This document shows positions 9,201-16,701 of a DNA stretch of 64,000 bases, one piece after another. The notes beneath the pieces are model-generated. The model made no database searches, was not told the origin of the DNA, and worked only from the letters and a program-made list of their open reading frames with translations. The stretch is from Candidatus Omnitrophota bacterium (GTDB lineage: Bacteria; Omnitrophota; Gorgyraeia; Zapsychrales; Zapsychraceae), in the NCBI GenBank assembly GCA_029261055.1, contig JAJDCA010000071.1:153778-217777 (forward strand), in the 5' to 3' direction. The first letter of the stretch is position 1. Every line of letters starts with the position of its first letter. Position numbers and translations under genes: made by a program.

Positions 9201-11340
9201 TGCGCAACTTTCTACAGAAGAATTAATTTATCTTAATGGCATTGCGGCAGGAAATGAATCGTTCTGGTTAGAAGCGTGGAGAATGCGCAATGCTTTTCAA
9301 AACAGTCCGGATGAGGTCGAAAGACTAATAATCCTTGAGGATGTTTTTAATGGCAAATCAATAGAGTTGGGGCTTTTAAAAATAGAAAAGGACGAAAAAA
9401 AGAAGGATAAGGAAAAAATAGCAATACTTGAAGTTGAAATGAAATCGATCGAAGAAACAATTGACCTTCTTTTAGAGAAAAAGCAAGAGATTTTAAGTGA
9501 AGTAGAGTATGTTGCGGAGGATGAGAATGAACAGAATCTAGCCATGTTAGTAGGGCTGAATCAGAAGATTGATCAATGGCTGCAGGGGCTTGAAAAAGAT
9601 GAAGACGCGGCGATGGCAGCGTTTAAATCATTGCTCCTTAAGATTAAACAGAAAATAACGGGGATATCTAATCGGAAAAAAATTGTTGTCGAGGATATTC
9701 CAGGTCTTGAGACGCTTGGGGTATCGATGGAAAATTTCCTAAATGCAGAAGGTATCCATACACCCAAAGATGCGGCTAAGTTGGGTAAGAGCATCAATGA
9801 GACGATAAACAGAGCGATTAAAGCATTTAGAAAGCGAGGTTCAGTGGATTTTACAGAAGATAATCTTTTCGCACTTCTTCTTAAGAAATATGATGAAAAT
9901 GTGCCCATTAATCGGGACGATTTAATGAAAGATTTAGAAAAATTTTCCCTAGGTGTGTATTCGAATTCTGTTGAGTTTGGCCTTATCAAATTACAATTAC
10001 AAATGAAAGTGTTTCTAAATCGGAACGTCGAGTGGTTTTTGAGTCCTATGCATCACTTTCCTCAAGCGGTGGCCAGGGCCAGTCAAGATAATAATATTGG
10101 GAGAACTATTGAAATGTTGGGCGAAATTTCGACGTATTTAGATGATGGAGTAACCTTTGCTGGAAACGCGGCGAGTAGGATATTCAAGAAGTATAAATAC
10201 ATAGATGAAAATAATTATGAAGAGATGGCCGATGAGTATGCACAAGTAGTGCGTTCTCTTCAAGATCACATCAAACAAATTGCAGATGAAGATCATGAGG
10301 AATTTCAAGAGATGATAGATATTTTAAATGCCAGTATTCAGCAACAGCTTGAAGATGTCTTGGGGGGTATTGCAGAGGCTAAAGTTCCTTATGTAGAAGA
10401 AAGAGGAGGTAAACGTTTTTCCATAGGTATTCCTTATGATTTGAGGGATAGCTTTGCTAAAAATGTAGTGAGTATCTATGAACGCCATACTGACTGGATG
10501 AACATTCTTAAAGTATCTTTAAAAGGGACCTATCGTGATTTGAAAATTAAAATAGATGAAGTGCGGGAGATGGAGAAAAAGTTCATAAATGATTATTTTA
10601 ATGTCAGGCCAAATAGCAATCTTTTGAAGGAAGAAGAAAAAGAAATATATATCCCAAGAGTAGAAGAGTTTTATGAGAAGTTAGCTGAATTTGAAGGAGT
10701 AAAAATGCCATCTAAGGAGAAGCGTTGGATTACGGGGTGGATTTTAAAATTAGAGGGCATATATAAAGGATTAGGAGGGGCAGACAAGGTTATTGATCGC
10801 GTGAATGTAAAGACAATAGGCGACGGCATGGACACCTGGGATGATTTGCCGGATTTTGATCAAATAACGGCAGAATTAGATGACTCCATGATGGCCACGA
10901 CTCTGGCAGAATTGCTAGAGAAATTGAAAATGTCAAAAGATGAAGTGGATAAAAAGGCTGTTACAAAACAAATATTTAGACTGGTGGACGAAGATTTAGA
11001 CGAGCCTTTAAAAGGTAGATTTCTTAAACAATTCACTGAATTAAATGGTGAAACGGATAAAGCGAGCATAACTCCCATTGGTGGTATTAATTTTGATTCG
11101 GCGATGTTGAATTTGCAGATTAAGCGCGATGGGGCTGGGGTGCCCTTGCCTTTGATTGAGCAGGATATGGATTTGGGTATGCGTGTCCAAGGATTTTTGC
11201 CGATTATTATTAATGCTACTCCAGTAAGCCTGCCGCAGTTGCTTGGTTTTTCCGATACTGTACCGCAAGAGGCCGATTCTTCGACTATGAGTCTGTCTTA
11301 TCACATCCTCACCCGCGACCCGCAGGATATTATCATTTAA
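6268..11340 (+). CDS. Giant secreted modular protein, paralog 1 (conserved N- and C-domains, variable core), function unknown
   Basis: 1690 aa; signal peptide ending GYA-QS; N-domain up to RKYFSGG and C-domain GGINFDSAMLNLQIKRDG align by eye with 52327-56097. Confidence 0.85.
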   Translation: MFILRQKQRVRVAYRVLSAFIMAVFSVTTIIPSGYAQSVSLPTAGTVLNLPVPGTMVGITEGFTPALIKGITIYPDNPLMFDFIVDSGHSEMTGEALKDEASDMIKYFLAALTIPEKDLWVNLSPYEADRIIPDGLGDTSMGRDMLSQDYMLKQLTSSMMYPEDELGGEFWERVYDKAYEKFGNTDIPMNTFNKIWIVPQAAEVYEREKSAFVVGSRLKVMLEEDYVALQKNLGVEQYGLDAMPKSEAKVVSGVTSEVVREVLIPEIEREINEGANFAKLRQIYHAMILSTWYKKRLQESLLGQVYVDQNKTMGVDTQDKQINQKIYDQYVESFKKGVYNYIKEDYNPATQQITPRKYFSGGMNQSMLSRIFKFMDRPTRFEVAPTGFEISYQTSLIDANKDNASIAVRVKEEVESQVDFVLMNSEKEIVSDESMLQDFDPFFLMSLITKWSPKYEDDLKVFHFIRHLYLAWIATKGDLAKATMTLTEKSSFKKFIQDKTLVNKAIEGSLYVNNPNIKGLLKNIRTDITKAENKIKAVRREFVGVNEKSTQETQEAGMITLQNVLLKNKSAGKTGEEDVFGISISRFPSDQYGEFEANFIQKDGNTVQIIAWQENKIIDVDYNQTMENFYKDHNLFYRNNKKGIPTVIIEEKYGKNRKIYKITRGEGQEVMKQKDFKELVWNDTAMVTDKESQAAKKILFDFRESEANRMNTARIRRVHVLMNAMRIRYAIGKDEGSSVVGIFYDMEKAFLKKQSNFKHSDAILFYHTVLALDLPDEEYVTLKNSVMQSLFRLAERIMKEEGIVISVKEILAQKEKIKMAMINVLPHMKHFKHMEWGVYDYIDRVLSSSDKKWDEVYYYKYKVAISLGESYSKLGHSFEGVFAKIKGKIASFRANDYVDVFRQLNKKYTADALYQGLPYTVDGVRIFKSRLKQYRQDFRSAMDTHYKNIFKLALKGELEDSPYDIYENEGSSLQNQAGAQLSTEELIYLNGIAAGNESFWLEAWRMRNAFQNSPDEVERLIILEDVFNGKSIELGLLKIEKDEKKKDKEKIAILEVEMKSIEETIDLLLEKKQEILSEVEYVAEDENEQNLAMLVGLNQKIDQWLQGLEKDEDAAMAAFKSLLLKIKQKITGISNRKKIVVEDIPGLETLGVSMENFLNAEGIHTPKDAAKLGKSINETINRAIKAFRKRGSVDFTEDNLFALLLKKYDENVPINRDDLMKDLEKFSLGVYSNSVEFGLIKLQLQMKVFLNRNVEWFLSPMHHFPQAVARASQDNNIGRTIEMLGEISTYLDDGVTFAGNAASRIFKKYKYIDENNYEEMADEYAQVVRSLQDHIKQIADEDHEEFQEMIDILNASIQQQLEDVLGGIAEAKVPYVEERGGKRFSIGIPYDLRDSFAKNVVSIYERHTDWMNILKVSLKGTYRDLKIKIDEVREMEKKFINDYFNVRPNSNLLKEEEKEIYIPRVEEFYEKLAEFEGVKMPSKEKRWITGWILKLEGIYKGLGGADKVIDRVNVKTIGDGMDTWDDLPDFDQITAELDDSMMATTLAELLEKLKMSKDEVDKKAVTKQIFRLVDEDLDEPLKGRFLKQFTELNGETDKASITPIGGINFDSAMLNLQIKRDGAGVPLPLIEQDMDLGMRVQGFLPIIINATPVSLPQLLGFSDTVPQEADSSTMSLSYHILTRDPQDIII

Positions 11341-11408
11341 CCTTCTGATGTTACGATTTTAGAATAAAATAACCTTGTATTATAGTCACAATATTGTATA
11401 ATTAACCT

Positions 11409-12737
11409 ATGAAAAGATTCATAGAAGAAGAATTAATAAAGTGGAAAGATGATTCAGATCGAAAGCCGCTTATTCTTTCAGGGGCTCGGCAAGTTGGCAA
11501 GTCTTATGTCATAGAACGCAACTTTTCTTCCAATTTTGATCAGGTTTTAAGTATCAACTTTGAAAAACAGCCTGAGTTTAAGGATTGTTTTGAGTCAGAC
11601 TTATCACCGGGAAAAATTATTCGTAAAATTGAGGCTTTAAGCCAGAAAAGAGTAGATATTGGTCGAACCCTAGTTTTTTTGGATGAGATTCAAATTTGCC
11701 CAAAAGCCATAACGGCTTTGCGGTATTTTTATGAAGAACTTCCTGCCTTACACCTTATCGCCGCGGGATCGCTGCTTGAGTTTACAATGGAAAGTATTTC
11801 TGTGCCTGTGGGGAGGGTAACTTACCGTCATTTAACTCCGTTATCATTTGAAGAATTTCTTTATAATTCCGGGAATGAAATTTTATTAGAAGAAATATCA
11901 CGGCATAATTTTGATGCCCCGTTTGATAAGGTGGTGGCTCAAAAAGCGGAAGTTCTTCTTAAAGAATATATGGCGATTGGAGGGATGCCGCAGGTTGTAG
12001 ATCGGTATATTCAGAATCAAGATTATTTAAAATGTCAGGAAATTTTGTCAGATTTGCTGGAAACTTATACTAACGATTTCCCTAAATATGGTCGAAGGGA
12101 TGCGGATTTGAAATATATTGATTTAGTTTTCGCGAGAGCTGCGCATCTCGTAGGAAAGCAGTTTAAATATGTTCATATTACGCGGGATATTCAATCAAAA
12201 TACATCAAACAAGGCGTTGACCTTCTTGTTAAGGCTGGCGTTTTGTCCTTGATTTACAAAACATATGGTTCTCCTCTGGGGGCTAATTATAATCCGCATC
12301 GTTTTAAGCTGCTATTTCTTGACATTGGTCTCATGCAAAGGGCATGTGGTTTGAACATATCTAGATGGGTAAGTGATGGGCATGATTTGATTCACGCAGG
12401 GGTGATCGCTGAACAGTTTGTAGGGCAGGAAATTGCAGCACATGCACATTTTAAAAAAGGAAGACTGTATTATTGGGAGAGAGACAAAAGGGGGAGTTCT
12501 GCGGAACTTGATTATCTTGTGGAAATGGCTGGGCGCATTCTACCTGTTGAGGTTAAATCAGGAACCATCGCCAGGTTAAAGAGTTTGCAGAATTTTCTGA
12601 AAGCGCATCCTGATATTCCTGAAGGAATTAAAGTATCTCTCGACAATTCTGGAAAGAAACAAAATATTCGTTCAATCCCGCTGTACGCCTTTGGGAGCTG
12701 GTTAAAACGGCAGGATTATACTAAATCTATTAAATAA
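11409..12737 (+). CDS. AAA+ ATPase with DUF4143 domain
   Basis: GARQVGKS, FLDEIQ, AAGSLL, GGMP, 'YYWER...AELDY...PVEVKSG'. Confidence 0.9.
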   Translation: MKRFIEEELIKWKDDSDRKPLILSGARQVGKSYVIERNFSSNFDQVLSINFEKQPEFKDCFESDLSPGKIIRKIEALSQKRVDIGRTLVFLDEIQICPKAITALRYFYEELPALHLIAAGSLLEFTMESISVPVGRVTYRHLTPLSFEEFLYNSGNEILLEEISRHNFDAPFDKVVAQKAEVLLKEYMAIGGMPQVVDRYIQNQDYLKCQEILSDLLETYTNDFPKYGRRDADLKYIDLVFARAAHLVGKQFKYVHITRDIQSKYIKQGVDLLVKAGVLSLIYKTYGSPLGANYNPHRFKLLFLDIGLMQRACGLNISRWVSDGHDLIHAGVIAEQFVGQEIAAHAHFKKGRLYYWERDKRGSSAELDYLVEMAGRILPVEVKSGTIARLKSLQNFLKAHPDIPEGIKVSLDNSGKKQNIRSIPLYAFGSWLKRQDYTKSIK

Positions 12738-12769
12738 TTTTTTTAGTTTTTCGATACGAAGCATTCACG

Positions 12770-14002
12770 GTGACCATTAAAGAAAAAATACAGGCATTGC
12801 CTTTAACCAGCGGGGTGTATTTGATGAAAAATGCGGCTGGGAAGGTGATTTATGTGGGCAAAGCGATCGCTCTGCGTAAAAGAGTGCAGTCGTATTTTCG
12901 TAAATCGCAGGCGCCGATTTCTAAGACGGATCTTTTGGTTTCGGAAATTCGGGATATTTCGGTAATTGAGACCGCGAGTGAGGCTGAGGCACTTATTCTT
13001 GAAGCGAGCCTGGTTAAAGAATATAAACCTAAATACAATATTGATTTAAGAGATGATAAGAGTTATCCTTTGATTGAAATCTCTGGGGACATGTTTCCGC
13101 GTATTTCTGTGGAGAGGCCGCATAAGAAAAAAAAGGATAATAAATATTATGGGCCGTATGTTAAGGTGGGATTGGTACGCGAGGCATTAAGTTTAATCCG
13201 AAAGATTTTTCCGTTTAGGACATGTGATCCGTTTCCTCAAAAAGAATGCCTGGATTATCATATCGGTTTATGTGATGCGCCGTGCATAAAGCATATCAAT
13301 AAAAAAGATTATGCCAAGAATGTGCGCAATGTATGTTTGATTCTAGAGGGGAGAAAAGATTCTTTATATCGGAAGTTAAGGAAAGAGATGGAGACGTGCA
13401 CTCAAAAACAGCGGTTTGAAGAGGCGGCTAAAGTGCGAGATCAGCTTCAGGCTTTAGGGGCTTTGTATTCCGGGACAAAAGATATTAATTATTATAAAGA
13501 GGCCGAGCAATTACAACGTGCTTTAGGTTTGCCTCGTTTGCCTGAACGTGTTGAGACATTTGACATTTCGAATACTATGGGACAACAAGCAGTTGGATCT
13601 ATGGTTTCATTTTTGCATGGCAAACCAGACAAAAATAATTATCGGCGTTTTCGCATAAAAGAAGTGGAAGGTATTGATGATTTTAAGATGATTGCAGAAA
13701 TTGTGCGCAGACGTTATCGTCGTTTGAAGAAGGAGGGTCGGACTTATCCTGATCTTATTGTTATTGATGGAGGAAAGGGGCAGCTTTCGGCCGCATTTAG
13801 AGAATTACGATTATTGGATGTAGAAATTCCTATTATTTCCTTAGCTAAACGGGAAGAAGAAGTGTATCTTCCTCAAAAGAGAAGTTCCATTAAGTTGTCA
13901 TCTCATTCATTGGGATTAAAGCTTCTTCAACGGACACGTGATGAAGCGCATCGTTTTGCAATTACTTATCATAGGAAGTTGAGATGGAAAAACACAATTT
14001 AA
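12770..14002 (+). CDS. uvrC: Excinuclease ABC subunit C (short, no HhH tail)
   Basis: GIY-YIG N-terminus (GVYLMK...IYVGKA), Cys cluster, UVR domain, 'FDISN', 'DGGKGQ', 'RDEAHRFA'. Confidence 0.9.
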   Translation: MTIKEKIQALPLTSGVYLMKNAAGKVIYVGKAIALRKRVQSYFRKSQAPISKTDLLVSEIRDISVIETASEAEALILEASLVKEYKPKYNIDLRDDKSYPLIEISGDMFPRISVERPHKKKKDNKYYGPYVKVGLVREALSLIRKIFPFRTCDPFPQKECLDYHIGLCDAPCIKHINKKDYAKNVRNVCLILEGRKDSLYRKLRKEMETCTQKQRFEEAAKVRDQLQALGALYSGTKDINYYKEAEQLQRALGLPRLPERVETFDISNTMGQQAVGSMVSFLHGKPDKNNYRRFRIKEVEGIDDFKMIAEIVRRRYRRLKKEGRTYPDLIVIDGGKGQLSAAFRELRLLDVEIPIISLAKREEEVYLPQKRSSIKLSSHSLGLKLLQRTRDEAHRFAITYHRKLRWKNTI

Positions 14003-14316
14003 TCCAAAAAAATTTATTTTTCGGATTAACAAATTTTCAGTGGCAAGTTTTAGCAACTACAGTTAAAATCCCACTAGGAGAAACGAGATCGTACAAATGG
14101 GTAGCGCAACAAATTGGTAATCCAAAGGCAGTACGTGCGGTAGGTCAGGCTTTACGAAGGAATCCTTTTCCGGTTATTATTCCTTGTCATCGAGTGATTA
14201 AATCAGACGGATCTTTAGGTGGTTATGCAGGAGGGCCATCAAAGAAAAAAAAGGAGTTACTAGATTTGGAACAAAGAATTGTGCAAGGGGTTAAAAAGTT
14301 TAAGATAAAGAATTAA
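13984..14316 (+). CDS. ogt: Methylated-DNA-protein-cysteine methyltransferase (single domain)
   Basis: 'IPLGETRSY', 'AVRAVGQA', active-site PCHRV. Confidence 0.85.
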   Translation: MEKHNLIQKNLFFGLTNFQWQVLATTVKIPLGETRSYKWVAQQIGNPKAVRAVGQALRRNPFPVIIPCHRVIKSDGSLGGYAGGPSKKKKELLDLEQRIVQGVKKFKIKN

Positions 14317-14410
14317 GAAGTAAGAAGCAAAGACGCAAGAAGCAGAAACCTCATAAGGTTGGTTAATTTTTTTCGCTGCATCTTGGTTCTATACTTTTTT
14401 ACTTCTCTTA
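14313..14410. repeat. Hairpin made of degenerate ~8-bp periodic repeats
   Basis: AAGAAGT/AAGAAGCA/AAGACGCA... arm followed by complementary TTCGCTGC/ATCTTGGT/...ACTTCTCTT arm. Confidence 0.6.
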
Positions 14411-14424
14411 AGAGAGGAGCGTAT

Positions 14425-15504
14425 ATGAAAGTTAAAGAACTTTTTCAAATTATGGTTGAAAGAGAAGCTTCGGATATGTATTTACGGACAAAGGCTTATC
14501 CTCGTGCACGGATTAATGGGCAAGTAGAAGTGGTTGGGACGGAAGCTCTTTCCAAGGAAGAGATGTCTGCTGTAACAAATTTTCTTTTGGAAAAAGAACA
14601 ACTACGAAGACAATTTCTGAAAGAGATGGATATTGATTTTATCCATGTGGAAGAGGGCGTGGGGCGTTTTCGAGTTAATATTTTTATGCAACGAGGTTCC
14701 CCTGCTATTGTTGCCAGGCACGTACATTCACATTCCAAAACATTTGAAGAATTAAATTTACCTGCCGAATTATTTCAGAAATTTTGTGAAGAATCCAAGG
14801 GGATGTTTATTTGTTCTGGACCGGCAGGAAATGGAAAGTCAACGACCATTGCCACAATGATTGAGCATATTAATACAACCAAATCTAAACATATCATAAC
14901 GGTTGAGGATCCTATTGAATTTTTATTTACAGATAAAAAAAGTATTATTAACCAAAGGGAATTAGGTTTAGATGTTCCTTCGTATCTTTCTGCCTTAAAG
15001 CATGTTACTCAGCAGAGCCCGGATATTGTTTACATTGGTAATATTAGAGATGAAGAAACCATGCGCGCAGCTATTACAGCTACAGAATTGGGTACTTTTG
15101 TGATGACTACATTTCATACGGTCAATGCCGTTCAGGCGATCATACGTATCGTTAATTTCTTTCCACCGTATTTACATGATGAAATAAGGATGCAGCTTTC
15201 AATAATACTGAAAGGAACGATTTCTTTGCGGTTACTTCCACGTAAAGATGGGAAGGGTCGGGTTCCTGCGTTTGAAACTATGGTCGTTACTCCAACCATC
15301 GCGCGTTTAATCAGAGAGGGTCGTATTCGTGAAATTCAGAACTACATTGATGAAGGGGCTATGTTTGGTATGCAATCGTTTAAGAAATCTTTAGTCTCTT
15401 TAGTGAAGCGGGATTTGGTTAATGAAAATGCAGCGCGTGAGTATGCGGATAGTAAAGATGATTTTAATCTTGAATTAAAAGGGATTAAACGAACGTCGGA
15501 ATAA
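14425..15504 (+). CDS. PilT/PilU-family type IV pilus ATPase
   Basis: 'ASDMYL', 'GRFRVN', Walker A GPAGNGKST, 'TVEDPIE', 'NQRE', His box TFHT; GAGGAG before ATG 14425. Confidence 0.9.
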   Translation: MKVKELFQIMVEREASDMYLRTKAYPRARINGQVEVVGTEALSKEEMSAVTNFLLEKEQLRRQFLKEMDIDFIHVEEGVGRFRVNIFMQRGSPAIVARHVHSHSKTFEELNLPAELFQKFCEESKGMFICSGPAGNGKSTTIATMIEHINTTKSKHIITVEDPIEFLFTDKKSIINQRELGLDVPSYLSALKHVTQQSPDIVYIGNIRDEETMRAAITATELGTFVMTTFHTVNAVQAIIRIVNFFPPYLHDEIRMQLSIILKGTISLRLLPRKDGKGRVPAFETMVVTPTIARLIREGRIREIQNYIDEGAMFGMQSFKKSLVSLVKRDLVNENAAREYADSKDDFNLELKGIKRTSE

Positions 15505-15602
15505 GAGATTGTAAAGAAATATTGATGTTTTTTTGCAGCACTTAATTGAATATTAGAGAAAATTTGTGATATACTATTTTTTAAAAAAAATGGAAAATTC
15601 TT

Positions 15603-16698
15603 GTGATAGATGATATTAAAAAACAGATTAATCATATTGAGGGAAAATTAAAGCACCTCAGGGGGTTTCTTTGACTTAGCTGAGAAGCAAAAAATAGTCG
15701 AATCTATTCAATCTCAAATGAATGAGGCTGATTTTTGGGAGAATACGGCTAAGGCAAATAAGTTGATGAAGGAAATGAAGTATTTAAAAGGATGTGTAGA
15801 GCCCTTTGAAGAGAGTGTTAAAAAAGTTACCGACCTTAAAGAATTAGCTGAATTATCCGCAGATGATGAAGAACTTTTAACACAGATTCAGGAAGAAGTT
15901 ACTGTTCTTGAAAAGGATGTTGATGTCACAGAGCTGCAAAGTATTTTGGCGGGCCCTTTTGATCGTAATAATGCCATTCTCAGTATTAATGCAGGTGCGG
16001 GTGGAACAGAATCATGTGATTGGTCAAATATGCTTTTGCGGATGTATACCCGTTGGGCGGATGAGCGTAAAGCACAGGTTAAAGTATTAGATATTTTGCC
16101 AGGTGAAGAGGCTGGTGTTAAGAACGTCACGCTGAGCATAGAAGGCGATATGGTGTATGGTTATTTGAAGGGGGAAAGAGGTGTTCATCGGCTAGTGCGG
16201 ATATCACCTTTTGATTCCAATAAAAGACGACATACTTCTTTTGCTTCTGTTGATGTTATTCCTGAAATAGAGGATGATATTGAAATCGAAATTAATCCTG
16301 ATGATTTACGGATTGATATTTTTCGTTCTTCCGGTCCTGGTGGTCAAAGTGTAAATACCACGGATTCAGCGGTGAGAATTACACATATTCCGACAGGGAT
16401 TTCTGTTCAAAGTCAGAATGAACGATCGCAGTTGCAAAATAAACAGAATGCAATGAAGGTTCTTCGAGCACGACTTTACGAATTGAAACTTAAAGCTCAG
16501 GAAGAGAAGATTTCAAAAGAATATGCAGAAAAGCAAAAAATCGAATGGGGAAGTCAAATTCGTTCGTATGTAATGCATCCCTATTCGATGGTCAAGGATC
16601 ACCGGACCGACGCAGAGACAGGTAATGTCGCTAAAGTTATGGACGGGGGTATAGATTTGTTTATAGAGGCTTATTTAAAGAAAAAGGATAAAGGATAA
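15603..16698 (+). CDS. prfB: Peptide chain release factor 2 with programmed +1 frameshift
   Basis: GTG 15603 frame runs to AGGGGG-TTT-CTT-TGA-C (15660-15675); the +1 frame continues into the ORF carrying SPF and GGQ. Confidence 0.95.
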
Positions 16699-16701
16699 TT
16701 T

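Noticed and set aside
6268-11340. Giant proteins as autotransporter, RTX, Rhs or intein-containing proteins
   Set aside because: No C-terminal beta-barrel signature, GGxGxD repeats, YD repeats or intein termini.
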